This document shows, piece by piece, positions 8,593 to 18,910 of a DNA stretch of 62,269 nucleotides. The stretch is from an uncultured Thalassotalea sp. (GTDB taxonomy: Bacteria > Pseudomonadota > Gammaproteobacteria > Enterobacterales > Alteromonadaceae). A model generated the notes under the pieces. It was not told the origin of the DNA. It saw only the letters and a program-made list of their open reading frames with translations, and searched no databases. Where the stretch lies: NCBI GenBank assembly GCA_938075435.1, contig CALJHL010000127.1, positions 1 to 62,269 on the forward strand, given 5' to 3'. The translations under genes and the position numbers were made by a program. Within the stretch, counting starts at the first letter, position 1. Each line of letters starts with the position of its first letter.

Positions 8593-11500
8593 ATGTTTAG
8601 CAATCAAATAGCCAAGTTGGTATTTATTACCGCATTAACTTCTGCTGTTACTGCCTGTGGTGGCAGTAGCTCGTCAGCCGATGAAACAAACCCCAATAAT
8701 GCGCCAACGTTAACAAGTTTTAGCGCCACCGCAGATGCGGATAATAGCCTGTTATATCGTTTTAGTTGGTTAGTCGCCGATGTTGATGGTGACAGTTTAA
8801 GTTGCCAGTTAAATCCAGGCGACGGTGAGCCGAGTATCGCCATTAGTGATTGTGCCAACATTACCTCTACACAAGTTACCTACACCAAGGCCGGCAATTA
8901 CACTGCCAATTTAACCGTCAGCGATACACTCAGTGCTAGCGCTAGTGGCAACTTAGACGTGGTGGTTGCAGAGCAAGTTGTGGTTTTACCTGAACCTGTG
9001 GTTAGTGCCTCAGAGCAACAAATGGTTATTTTTTATAATCGTCAAGATGGCCTTTACGATGATTGGGTTTTACATTTATGGAACAATGCCAGTTGTGATG
9101 CTTATGCCGATTTCGCCGCTGACGGCGGCACTGAATGGGCCCAAGGTCAAGCGCAAACGGGCATTGATCCCAACTATGGGGCTTACTGGCTTATCGATTT
9201 AAAAGCCGGTTACAGCGATTGCGCAAATTTTATTGTTCATCAAGGTGATGACAAAGATTTAGGCGGTAGCGATCATCAAGCTGATCTTAGTGGCGCCCGA
9301 ATGATTTGGAGTCTGTCGGGTTTTAGTGAGTTATTTTATCAAAAGACGCTATTTCCGAGTAGTATTCAAATTAAGGATATCGCCGCCCATTGGGTAACCG
9401 GTGACTATGTTTTTTGGAATGTAAATGCTGCGGATGTTGCTAAAGTGCGGGTGTATAGCTCGCCAACCGATGACTTAGGTTTTGATGGTGAAAGTGGTAT
9501 TAGTGGTGACAATTATATCGAATTTTACCCAGTTGTTAGTGACAATCATCCGGCAGTAGAACTGGCCATGCCACGTTATCAAGGGCAAGCAGCGTTTAAG
9601 GCTGACTCCTTCGCTAGTGCCTCAGCCAAACAAATGCTTACCGGCAAATTACTGGCCATTGCTTATGATCTTGATAACTCAGTGGTCGCGGCGACGTATG
9701 TGCAAACCCCTCGTGTTCTCGACGCCTTGTATACGGGCAATTCGAATGATGCCGATGAAGCGACGTTAGGGTTAACCTACGATGGTAACGACATTGACGC
9801 GGCGTTGTGGGCGCCAACGGCTCAGCAAGTTGTTATGAACATTTATGACGCGAATAAACAATTACTTACGAGTCAGCCGATGAGCCGTAATTTTGACACT
9901 GGTATTTGGTCAGTTAGCTTAGACGCTAATGTCGATCGGTTATTTTATCTATATGAGTTAACGGTTTATCACCATCAAAATCAACGCATTGAAACCATAA
10001 CAAGTACCGACCCTTATTCAGTGTCTTTGGCCACCAATGGCGAGTATTCACAATTTGTTAATTTAAACGATAGCGACCTAATGCCAAGTGGCTGGCAACA
10101 ACATGCCATTAGCGAAGTGGATGAACCGCAGGATGCGGTTATTTATGAAGGCCATATCCGCGATTTTAGTGTTTTAGATAGCAGTACCAGTGTTGCTAAT
10201 CGTGGCAAGTATCTGGCATTTACTGAAGAAAATTCAGTTCCGGTTAAGCATTTAAAAACGTTGGCGGCTGCAGGTTTAACTCACTTTCAAATGTTACCAG
10301 CCAATGACATTGCCAGTATCGATGAAGATGACAGTAGCCGGATCAATTTAACCAGTACGGTTAATGAATTATGTGCAAAAAATGCGAATGCGCCGGTGTG
10401 TGGTGTTGCCGATGCAAGCGCTAGTTTATTGTCGGTTTTTGCTAGCTATGAGCCAAGCAGTACCGATGCCCAAGCGTTAGTGCAGTCGATGCGATCTTTA
10501 GACAGCTTTAACTGGGGTTATGATCCCAAGCATTTTTTTGCTCCTGATGGCAGCTATGCCTCAAATCCAGATGGTGAGAGTCGTATTGTTGAAATGCGAT
10601 CGATGAATCAGGCTTTGCATGCAATGGGCTTGCGAGTGGTATTGGATGTGGTTTTTAATCACACCAACTCATCGGGTTTATATGCAGATTCGGTCCTAGA
10701 CAAAGTGGTTCCTGGTTATTATCATCGCCGCGATCTAACCACAGGTATGGTGTTACAAGAAACGTGTTGTCAAGATACGGCGCCAGAACATCGAATGATG
10801 GATAAGCTGATGGTGGATTCGTTATTACTGTGGACCAGTGCCTATAAATTTGACGGTTTCCGTTTTGATATCATGAGCAACAACACGGTAGAGTCCATTC
10901 TTACGGCTCGTGAACAGGTACAAGCCATTGACGAAGATAACTATTTTTACGGTGAAGGTTGGACTCGTTCCGAGCAAGGGTATCTGCAAGCTCAGCAAAA
11001 TAATATGGCTGGTAGCCAAGTGGGTACCTTTAATGACCGACCACGCGATACGATCCGCAGCGCATCGTTATTTAAGGCGTCTGGTAGTCTTAACGATCAA
11101 GACATCGTGCGCTTAGGTTTGGCCGGCACCCTTGCCGATTATGCTCTCCAAGATAAAAATGGCATTGTTAAATTAGGACAAGATTTTTCACAAGCGTCAT
11201 ACGGTAAACATCCTGCCGATATTATTAATTATGTCTCTAAACATGACAATGAAACCTTGTGGGACCAATTGCAGTACGGTTTAGAAAGCAGCGTTTCGGT
11301 TGATGACCGAGTTCGCATCCAAAATATGGCGGCGACCTTGCCATTGATGAGTCAAGGCATTAGTTTTTTGCAATTAGGTGGTGACTTAATTCGTTCCAAA
11401 TCTATGGATAGAAATACCTATGATGCGGGTGATTGGTTTAATCTAGTCGACTTTACTAAAACCACTAATAACTGGAATGTTGGTCTACCGCTAGCAGAAG

Positions 11501-12789
11501 ACAATCAAGCTAAGTGGTCAACAATTAGCGGTTTAATAAGCAATAGTGAAAGTGCGGTTCAAGATCATCATATTGAATTAGCGAGTGCGGTATTTAATGA
11601 GTTTTTAGCGATACGTAGTAGCAGCAAGTTATTTCGTTTAAGCAGCGTCGAAGATGTTATTGATCGAGTGGGCTTTCATAATACTGGCGTAAATCAAGTC
11701 CAGGGTTTGATTGTTATGAGTTTAGATGACGGTAGTGGCTTAATCGACTTAGACCCTAATCATGATGCCATTGTGGTGGTAATTAATGGTTCAGCTAATG
11801 AACAAGCGCATACCATTTTAACGGCTAATAATTTTCAATTACATGGTTTGCAACAAGCTTCTGCTGATCCGCGGGTAAAAACGGCGAGTTTTGTTGCTAG
11901 CGCCAATGCTGGTACTTTTATTGTGCCAGCGTTTACCTCGGCAGTATTTGTGCAACCACAAGGTGCGAGTCAAGGCAGTGGCTTAGCGGCTGATGTTACC
12001 CTAAATCAGGCCGATATTGCGCCTTACGGTGATACCTTAGTGTATTTACGCGGTTCAATGAACAACTGGGGTAACGATGGCTTAACCGCCGCGGATAACT
12101 TTAGTTACGATGACAATGATATTTATAGTCTTGCCGTGAATTTAACCGCGGGTGAGCATATCTTTAAAATTGCTTCTGGCGATTGGGCTGCGGTGAATCT
12201 GGGGTTTAATGAGGTGACTTTTGCACCAGGCGCGATTGCGACCTTTGATGACGGCGGCAACATAGCCTTTACTGTTGAAAGTGACAGTTTATACAGCTTC
12301 ACTCTCGATGCTTCGACACCAACACCAGAGTTAAATATTGTCGCTAAAACTGAGTCTCTAGATTGTGATTTGTTAGTCGATTCAAGTGAGGATGCGCCTT
12401 TTAGTGTTGCCGGTGGTGGCGGTTTATATGTACGTGGTTCTCACTCGGGTTGGAACGCAGACGAAACGTACCGTTTACATTATAAGGGTAATAATACCTA
12501 TCAGGCAGTGGCTGATTTTGATGGTGACCTGCAATTTAAACTGGCTTCTGACGACGGTAGCTGGAGCACTCAATTATGGGCGCAAGCTGAGGCTAGCGAA
12601 CAGATAAACAGCAATAATTTAGAGGTAGGAGTTCGCTACTTAGTGGCGTTTAATGATGCCGGTACCGACAATAACCAAACCAACTTAGCGGCTGGCAGCT
12701 ACAGTTTCTTGTTAACTCTTAATACTGCGGATCCAAGCCAAGGTTTTGCTGTCGGTGATTTAATCATCCAACAGTGTCAGCCAAAATAA
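8593..12789 (+). CDS. pulA: Multidomain lipoprotein pullulanase (alpha-1,6-glucosidase, GH13) with PKD-like, CBM41-like and C-terminal X25-like modules
   Basis: Lipobox AVTAC; FNWGYDP; DGFRFD, YGEGW, YVSKHDN catalytic regions; two C-terminal Y(L/V)RG...W / FK(I/L)AS modules. Confidence 0.9.
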   Translation: MFSNQIAKLVFITALTSAVTACGGSSSSADETNPNNAPTLTSFSATADADNSLLYRFSWLVADVDGDSLSCQLNPGDGEPSIAISDCANITSTQVTYTKAGNYTANLTVSDTLSASASGNLDVVVAEQVVVLPEPVVSASEQQMVIFYNRQDGLYDDWVLHLWNNASCDAYADFAADGGTEWAQGQAQTGIDPNYGAYWLIDLKAGYSDCANFIVHQGDDKDLGGSDHQADLSGARMIWSLSGFSELFYQKTLFPSSIQIKDIAAHWVTGDYVFWNVNAADVAKVRVYSSPTDDLGFDGESGISGDNYIEFYPVVSDNHPAVELAMPRYQGQAAFKADSFASASAKQMLTGKLLAIAYDLDNSVVAATYVQTPRVLDALYTGNSNDADEATLGLTYDGNDIDAALWAPTAQQVVMNIYDANKQLLTSQPMSRNFDTGIWSVSLDANVDRLFYLYELTVYHHQNQRIETITSTDPYSVSLATNGEYSQFVNLNDSDLMPSGWQQHAISEVDEPQDAVIYEGHIRDFSVLDSSTSVANRGKYLAFTEENSVPVKHLKTLAAAGLTHFQMLPANDIASIDEDDSSRINLTSTVNELCAKNANAPVCGVADASASLLSVFASYEPSSTDAQALVQSMRSLDSFNWGYDPKHFFAPDGSYASNPDGESRIVEMRSMNQALHAMGLRVVLDVVFNHTNSSGLYADSVLDKVVPGYYHRRDLTTGMVLQETCCQDTAPEHRMMDKLMVDSLLLWTSAYKFDGFRFDIMSNNTVESILTAREQVQAIDEDNYFYGEGWTRSEQGYLQAQQNNMAGSQVGTFNDRPRDTIRSASLFKASGSLNDQDIVRLGLAGTLADYALQDKNGIVKLGQDFSQASYGKHPADIINYVSKHDNETLWDQLQYGLESSVSVDDRVRIQNMAATLPLMSQGISFLQLGGDLIRSKSMDRNTYDAGDWFNLVDFTKTTNNWNVGLPLAEDNQAKWSTISGLISNSESAVQDHHIELASAVFNEFLAIRSSSKLFRLSSVEDVIDRVGFHNTGVNQVQGLIVMSLDDGSGLIDLDPNHDAIVVVINGSANEQAHTILTANNFQLHGLQQASADPRVKTASFVASANAGTFIVPAFTSAVFVQPQGASQGSGLAADVTLNQADIAPYGDTLVYLRGSMNNWGNDGLTAADNFSYDDNDIYSLAVNLTAGEHIFKIASGDWAAVNLGFNEVTFAPGAIATFDDGGNIAFTVESDSLYSFTLDASTPTPELNIVAKTESLDCDLLVDSSEDAPFSVAGGGGLYVRGSHSGWNADETYRLHYKGNNTYQAVADFDGDLQFKLASDDGSWSTQLWAQAEASEQINSNNLEVGVRYLVAFNDAGTDNNQTNLAAGSYSFLLTLNTADPSQGFAVGDLIIQQCQPK

Positions 12790-12820
12790 TCGTTAAACGT
12801 TAGCTGCTAGCGTTTAACGT

Positions 12821-12855
12821 AAAAAGCTTGTTGATCATCATCAACAAGCTTTTTT
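12821..12855. terminator. Bidirectional intrinsic terminator, preceded by a second hairpin at 12791-12819
   Basis: AAAAAGCTTGTTGAT-CATC-ATCAACAAGCTTTTT between convergent genes. Confidence 0.85.
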
Positions 12856-12923
12856 ATTAAATACAGCAATGCCGCTAAACTAAATAGCTGGCCTAGTTGT
12901 TATTGTTATCTACGCTATTTAAG

Positions 12924-13694
12924 TTATTGAATTTCTTTAAATTCAACCTGATAATGTCCAATGCCTTGGTATTCAATTTCAGTTTGTTGATCAAAATCTA
13001 GCGCTATTACTCCAGCGTAAGAGCCAGTAATTATTGCTTGCCCAGCTTTAAAATCGGTACCGCGTTTGCTCATGTAATTGATTAACCAATACACTGGGTT
13101 TTGTGGTAACTGATTCGGGTGTTGGCCGGCAAAGGTTTGTTTTTTGCCCGATTGGCTAACATTGATTTGCATTGTGCTGGCAGCATAAGCTGCGGTTTTA
13201 TCAATTTCTGGACCTAAGTAAAGTCCTTGGTTAACTAGGCAATCGGCTAAGCTTTCATAAAATTCAACACCGCTGTCATCAGCATAGCGAGCTTGCATTA
13301 ATTCCAGCGCCATATGGCAACTACCAATGGCATTATCAATTTCAGCGTTGCTGTAATCAGCGCTTTGCGCCGGTAAGTCTTGATTTAAGACAAAGGCTAT
13401 TTCTGGCTCGATGCGAACGACATTATTATCTCTCATTAATGAACATTGCGCGCCACGCTGGACAGTGTCGGAAAAAATAGGCGCCACCATAAATTTATTT
13501 TCACCGATGGGTAATAAACACTTCCAAGCACTAACGTTATCGCGACGTTGCTGAACCTGTTCGGCTTGAATTGCTAAAGCATCATCCATAGACTGTGGGC
13601 GTAGCGCTGTGGCTAATCTTGCGGCTTTAGTGCCAGGAGTTCGACGTGATAAAAGGATGTTGGCCGCTTCGGCAAACGTGGTTGAATGGGTCAT
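12924..13694 (-). CDS. 2-keto-4-pentenoate hydratase-like protein (FAA hydrolase fold)
   Basis: AWKC, IEPEIAF, ALEL..RY, LAD...N, GQAIITGS. Confidence 0.75.
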   Translation of the reverse strand: MTHSTTFAEAANILLSRRTPGTKAARLATALRPQSMDDALAIQAEQVQQRRDNVSAWKCLLPIGENKFMVAPIFSDTVQRGAQCSLMRDNNVVRIEPEIAFVLNQDLPAQSADYSNAEIDNAIGSCHMALELMQARYADDSGVEFYESLADCLVNQGLYLGPEIDKTAAYAASTMQINVSQSGKKQTFAGQHPNQLPQNPVYWLINYMSKRGTDFKAGQAIITGSYAGVIALDFDQQTEIEYQGIGHYQVEFKEIQ

Positions 13695-13942
13695 GGTTTA
13701 CTCTCGTGTTAAAGTTACTATTGCAAGTCGATATTGATTGTTATTAGTTAATCATAGCGAGTTAAAAACAAAGTGAAATGGTTAATTGTATTGGTTGCTT
13801 AAAATGCCTAAAATAAATGTAATAAACGGACAGCGCCGGCAAAGAATTCCTATTTGAGTTATATCGCTTAAATTGTAGGCTAGTGATTTACTGCGATGCA
13901 CCTTAGATATCAGCAACATTAACACTAACATTTAGTTAACAT

Positions 13943-13956
13943 TAGCCTAAAGTCTT
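13943..13956. promoter_or_regulatory. Degenerate CrbR-type site TAGCC-TAAA-GTCTT upstream of crbR
   Basis: 8/10 match to TAGAC-N4-GTCTA. Confidence 0.45.
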
Positions 13957-14016
13957 ATAACATTTTTGTTAAATAACCCTTACAATGTTTATGGGAATTA
14001 ATGTCGGGACGAAAAT

Positions 14017-14685
14017 ATGTTTTTACCAGATAAAGTGATCATCGCCGATGATCATCCATTATTTAGACAGGCGTTACTAGAAACACTAAAACAGCGGATG
14101 TCGAACACCCAATGGTTGCAGGCCGAAACGGTTGCCGAGCTAGACAAAATTTTGCTTAGCGATGGCGATGCCGATTTATTATTGCTTGATCTTAATATTC
14201 CTGGAGCGCATGGCTTTAATACCTTAATTCATGTGCGTCAGCATTTTCCGCAAATTCCGGTGGTGGTGGTCTCTGCTTACGAAGACATAGACACCATTAA
14301 CCAAGCCATGAATTATGGTGCCGCTGGGTTTATTCCCAAATCTACCGATGTCAGTAGTATCTTTACGGCTATCAACCAAGTACTGGCGGGCGAGTTGTGG
14401 ACCCCAGCTGAAGCTACCGGCAATGATAAAGCCGACAGTAAGGTGTTAGTCGCGCAGCGAATTGCCAGCCTTACCCAGCAGCAGTATAAAATTCTATTAA
14501 TGTTTGCTGAAGGTTTATTGAATAAGCAAATTGCCTATGATTTGAATGTTTCAGAAGCAACCATAAAAGCCCATGCAACGGCAATATTTCGTAAGCTAGA
14601 TGTTCGTACTCGTACCCAAGCGGTTATTGTTTTAGGGCAGTTAGATTTAACCGAGACAGAATTTTCACAAGAGTTAAGCTCTTAA
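14017..14685 (+). CDS. crbR: LuxR-family response regulator CrbR/ErdR-like
   Basis: REC (IADDHPLFR, LLDL, FIPKS) plus LuxR HTH (GLLNKQIAYDL..SEATIKAH); adjacent to CrbS. Confidence 0.85.
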   Translation: MFLPDKVIIADDHPLFRQALLETLKQRMSNTQWLQAETVAELDKILLSDGDADLLLLDLNIPGAHGFNTLIHVRQHFPQIPVVVVSAYEDIDTINQAMNYGAAGFIPKSTDVSSIFTAINQVLAGELWTPAEATGNDKADSKVLVAQRIASLTQQQYKILLMFAEGLLNKQIAYDLNVSEATIKAHATAIFRKLDVRTRTQAVIVLGQLDLTETEFSQELSS

Positions 14686-14707
14686 TTACCAGCCAGTGTG
14701 CATAACC

Positions 14708-14740
14708 AAGGCCAAGCCAATTTCTTTAGTTTGGCCTTTT
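14708..14740. terminator. Hairpin/terminator between convergent crbR and crbS
   Basis: AAGGCCAAGC…GTTTGGCCTTTT. Confidence 0.5.
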
Positions 14741-14759
14741 TGCGATGGCTTTTGAACTG

Positions 14760-17700
14760 CTATTTAGGTAAATAGTGATCGTGCAATGATTCGGCCAACA
14801 TGGCGCTCATCATCGCACGAAGAGCGGCCGGTTTTACCATTTTTCGCATATAACCCACCTTGGCTTTAGCGGTTTTTTGTTCGATGTCAGTTTCGGTGGT
14901 GGCGGTGATCAAAATGGCCGGAATGTGCCGCTGCGCTTTCGCTCTTAATTGAGCGATGAGTTCCAAGCCATTTTCATCATTATCTAATTGATAATCGACT
15001 AACAGCATTTCAATAGCGTTGCCATGGCGGTTATAGACTTCATTGGCCTCAGTGATCGAACTTGCACCATAAGCTTTACATTGCCAAGCCGTTAATAATT
15101 CCAACATGCCGGCTAGTACACTGGGTTCGTTATCTATGCACAATACCGAAACGCCTTGTAATCCAACTTTGCTGAGCTGTGGCTTAGTTACAGGAGCAAC
15201 CGGCTCGACCACGATCATAGCGATTGAAAAATTACAGCCTTGTTGCGGTTGTGATTCTAGCTTTAAATCCAAGTGCAATAACTGTGCTAAAGATTGGGTA
15301 ATACTTAGACCTAAACCAAGACCTTGAGAACCCTTGCTTTTGCCGTTGTTTAGTTGAGTAAATTGCTCAAATACCAATTGTTGTTGGTCTAAGGGAATGC
15401 CAGGACCATTATCAATAATGGCAATGGTTAATTGTGGGCCGGTTAAACTGCATACCAGTTCAACTTTACCAGGGCTTGCATAACGAAAGGCGTTGGTAAG
15501 TAGATTTTGTAAAATTCGACGTAACAGGTGCTTATCGCTATTTACCCATACCGGCAATGACTGCACACTAAATTCAACTTGATATTCACTGGCCGCCGCC
15601 GAAAATTCTTGGTCCAGTTGGCTAACCAATTCATCGATACAAAATGTTTCTAGGTTTGTGGTTATATTGCCACCTTCGATGCGGGCTATTTCACCTAGAT
15701 TGGCGAGTAAATCGTTAGCAACTTTTAAGGCATGATCGATGTTAAGCACTTGTCTTTTTTGTCTGTCGTTTAGCTTGTTTTCGTCGGCAAGGGCCGAGGT
15801 AAATAGTCGGGCTGCTTCTAAAGGTTGCATCAAATCATGACTACAAGCTTTCAAATATTGACTCTTTTTAAGGTTCGCTTGGTCGGCTTTTTTCCTGGCT
15901 TTGGCGAGTTCATTGTTCACTAATTCTAGTTTTTTGGTGCGTTCAGTGACTAAATCTTCTAAATCATGATTTTCGGCTTTTAAATATTGCTCTGCTTGGC
16001 GATAGGCGGTGATGTCGCGAAATAACATAACAAAGCCACCACCCGGTAATGGGTTACCTTCAATACTAATGACTTGTCCTAAATTGTGATGTTTTTCCGA
16101 GGCATGAGAAGTACCCGCCCGAAGATGTTGCAAGCGCCTTTGTACTGCGGCTTCAACATCGCCGTCACCACAAAAACCCCGTTGCGCATTAAAGCGGATC
16201 AAATCTTCAATTGGACTGCCAATATAGATGATGTCACTTGGGTAATTAAATAATTCTAAATATTTTTTATTCCAAGCCACCAACTTTAAGTCGCTGTCGA
16301 TAATCGAAATACCTTCACTGGCATTTTCAATGGCACTTTGCAGTACGTTTTGATTGAATTGTTGTTGCTGTGATGAGGTTTCGCCAACCAATTGTGCCAA
16401 TTCAGTTAGGTTGATGTTACGTCCTTGCAAAGCCGATTTTATGACCAACTTCGCCGATGATGTGCCCATTACCGTTGCTAGAGTTTTTTCACTATGTTGC
16501 AATAAACGCTGATTATAGTTATCACTAGGCAGCTGTTCATTAAGGCTAAGGGTTGCAAATTCCGTGAAACTCGCTTGCGCTTTTATTTCACCAACAAAGT
16601 TTGCGACCAGTAGTTTTAATTCAGAGCTATCAATTTGGCGTTTACTTGGCGGCATTAAGTCATGATTGGTGGATTCTTCTGAGAAAAATGCCGCTTGCAC
16701 CCGCTCGTGTACACTTTGTCGACTTAGTAATGAAATCGCCCACATAACAAAGACATTCGAACCTAAGCTAATTAGGGTCGCGGTGGTGTTCATTGATAAC
16801 GACATGTCACTGAATGGCAGTGGGTAAAGGCCCAAATTTGGTAAGAAATTTAACATGCACCACAGCGAAAAACCAGTAGCTATACCACTATAAACACCGG
16901 TTAAACTGGCATGGCGCCAGTAAAATGCCGCCACTAAAGCCGGAGTTAACTGGGCAATTGCACCAAAAGCTATTTCACCCAGAGAAGACAGTTTGTCTGG
17001 CGAAACCAATAAAAAAGCACCATAACCCAGCAGGATAATGAGCAATACTAATAACTTTCTAATGTTTAACAATTTTAAGCGAAAGCGCTCATAGTTGTCA
17101 TTGGCTTGTTTGCCACTGCGAAATAATAGCGGGAAGACAATTTCATTACTGACCATAGTGCTTAAGGCGATGGCCGAAATTATCACCATTGAACTGGCTG
17201 CAGATATGGCTCCTAAAAAGGTTAATAGCGTGATCCAAACTTGATCTTGTAGGCCCGGTAGCAATAACACATAGGAGTCAGCGGCGACGCTTGGCGCGAA
17301 TAAAATTTCACCGGCTAAGCCTAATGGAATCGCTAACAGTGCGAAGATCAGCACATAGATTGGGAAAACTATCCGGCTATAGCGGCTGTCATTCTCATGT
17401 TGAGCTTCAACCACCATGACCTGAAATTGTCTGGGTAAGGATAAAAATGCGGCCATGACAATAATCAACATGCCCACCATGGCTGAAATATTGGGTAACG
17501 ATAACTCTTGGCGAATATCGACATTCGCTTGTTGCCAAATTTCAACAGGCGATGAAAATAACACAAAGCAAACGAAAATCCCCACCACAATAAAGGCAAA
17601 GAGTTTGATGAGCGACTCAAACGCTATGGCTAACATGACTCCAGGGTGACATTCATTGACGTCGATATTGCGAATGCCAAAAATAATAGTGAAACCAGCT

Positions 17701-18191
17701 AAACACAATGAAATGATTAAACCGAGCTGCGAAACATTAACATTTTGCTCTATCTGTAGTAACTCAAATGAGTAAACGATGGCTTTTAATTGTAAGGCCA
17801 TATAGGGCAAGGTGCCGATTAAAGCCACCATGGTGACTAATATAGCTAGGTTATGAGATTTGCCAAACCTTGCCGCTAACAGGTCGGCAATTGAGGTTAA
17901 GTTGAGTTTTAAACTGACGCGAATAATTCGTAAAATAAATGGCCAAGCAAAAATGAATAATAAAATTGGGCCAAGATAGATTGGAATGTGTGAAAAAATA
18001 TTAGTGGCGGCTTGCGCGGTAGTGCCTAAAAAACTCCAAGAAGTGCAATACACCCCTAAGGTAAGGGCATAAATAATGGCTTTGGCATTACCATAAATTT
18101 TGTGGCGATATTTATCACCAAGGTAAGCAATAATAAAAAGTAAACCAATATAAAATAGGCTTAGAGTTATTAGTTGCCAGTTTTCAAACAT
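14760..18191 (-). CDS. crbS: Hybrid sensor kinase with N-terminal SLC5 transporter domain, PAS, HisKA, HATPase and REC (CrbS/MxtR-like)
   Basis: GVYCTSWSF, LPRQF transporter motifs; LVAWN PAS; SHDLMQPL H-box; NLLTNAFRY, DNGPGI, GLGLGL; C-terminal receiver. Confidence 0.9.
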   Translation of the reverse strand: MFENWQLITLSLFYIGLLFIIAYLGDKYRHKIYGNAKAIIYALTLGVYCTSWSFLGTTAQAATNIFSHIPIYLGPILLFIFAWPFILRIIRVSLKLNLTSIADLLAARFGKSHNLAILVTMVALIGTLPYMALQLKAIVYSFELLQIEQNVNVSQLGLIISLCLAGFTIIFGIRNIDVNECHPGVMLAIAFESLIKLFAFIVVGIFVCFVLFSSPVEIWQQANVDIRQELSLPNISAMVGMLIIVMAAFLSLPRQFQVMVVEAQHENDSRYSRIVFPIYVLIFALLAIPLGLAGEILFAPSVAADSYVLLLPGLQDQVWITLLTFLGAISAASSMVIISAIALSTMVSNEIVFPLLFRSGKQANDNYERFRLKLLNIRKLLVLLIILLGYGAFLLVSPDKLSSLGEIAFGAIAQLTPALVAAFYWRHASLTGVYSGIATGFSLWCMLNFLPNLGLYPLPFSDMSLSMNTTATLISLGSNVFVMWAISLLSRQSVHERVQAAFFSEESTNHDLMPPSKRQIDSSELKLLVANFVGEIKAQASFTEFATLSLNEQLPSDNYNQRLLQHSEKTLATVMGTSSAKLVIKSALQGRNINLTELAQLVGETSSQQQQFNQNVLQSAIENASEGISIIDSDLKLVAWNKKYLELFNYPSDIIYIGSPIEDLIRFNAQRGFCGDGDVEAAVQRRLQHLRAGTSHASEKHHNLGQVISIEGNPLPGGGFVMLFRDITAYRQAEQYLKAENHDLEDLVTERTKKLELVNNELAKARKKADQANLKKSQYLKACSHDLMQPLEAARLFTSALADENKLNDRQKRQVLNIDHALKVANDLLANLGEIARIEGGNITTNLETFCIDELVSQLDQEFSAAASEYQVEFSVQSLPVWVNSDKHLLRRILQNLLTNAFRYASPGKVELVCSLTGPQLTIAIIDNGPGIPLDQQQLVFEQFTQLNNGKSKGSQGLGLGLSITQSLAQLLHLDLKLESQPQQGCNFSIAMIVVEPVAPVTKPQLSKVGLQGVSVLCIDNEPSVLAGMLELLTAWQCKAYGASSITEANEVYNRHGNAIEMLLVDYQLDNDENGLELIAQLRAKAQRHIPAILITATTETDIEQKTAKAKVGYMRKMVKPAALRAMMSAMLAESLHDHYLPK

Positions 18192-18277
18192 TGTTGTCGT
18201 TCTCGTTGTTATTTAGGTTTTAGCAGAGCTTAACCGCCAGTTTGAGCATACTATTTACACGCCTTTAACTCTAAAAC

Positions 18278-18718
18278 TTAACCGCCCGTTTGTGTATAAA
18301 ATTCACTAATGTATTGCCCACCTTGAATTTTTAAAATTAACCGCATTTTGTGGGTGTCTCCGGTAGTTGCTATATCTGCTCGTAACGGCGTGGGGTTAAA
18401 CCAATAATATGGCGAGTCACTCATTTGTAATGGATAAGCACTACTTTGATCTGCTTTATTGACCAAAAATAAGGTGGCACTGTCGATAGGAAATGTGGTG
18501 TTAATAGTAGTAACGCCATCCTCATCATAAACATTAACCTTTAATTCACCTCGGCTAAGGACACATTGCCCGGCAAGTACATCACAAGATGCTTTGCTAA
18601 CCAGTTGAAAAATTCTGTTTTGTTGTGCCTCATTCGTTACATAAAGATCGGAAGCAATATAACCGCCAATCGCTAAAATAGGCGCGATTAAAATAGCAAT
18701 TTTGGTGTGTCTATTCAT
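18278..18718 (-). CDS. Hypothetical protein with N-terminal membrane anchor
   Basis: AAGGA SD; hydrophobic N-terminus; CDVLAGQC. Confidence 0.7.
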   Translation of the reverse strand: MNRHTKIAILIAPILAIGGYIASDLYVTNEAQQNRIFQLVSKASCDVLAGQCVLSRGELKVNVYDEDGVTTINTTFPIDSATLFLVNKADQSSAYPLQMSDSPYYWFNPTPLRADIATTGDTHKMRLILKIQGGQYISEFYTQTGG

Positions 18719-18763
18719 AGCTGGATGTCCTTAATTGCAAATTTTGAAGAAGATATTATTGCC

Positions 18764-18823
18764 ATTACATTGACTTGATAATGTTTCTAGTGTCGTTTGC
18801 AAATAATAGCAAGTCAATGTAAT
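18764..18823. repeat. Perfect 14-bp inverted repeat with 32-bp spacer
   Basis: ATTACATTGACTTG (18764-18777) / CAAGTCAATGTAAT (18810-18823). Confidence 0.75.
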
Positions 18824-18869
18824 TGTTTGTTGTATATCTCTTTATTTAAAAATAAAGTTAAAATTAAAT

Positions 18870-18895
18870 AAAAAGACCCCCGCAGGAGTCTTTTT
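18870..18895 (-). terminator. Intrinsic terminator of the symporter gene
   Basis: AAAAAGACCCCCGCAGGAGTCTTTTT hairpin just past the stop codon. Confidence 0.75.
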
Positions 18896-18910
18896 AAAGT
18901 TTTAATGTGC

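Noticed and set aside
12831-12844. Perfect FNR box TTGATCATCATCAA
   Set aside because: It is the apex of a terminator hairpin between convergent 3' ends, with no promoter to regulate
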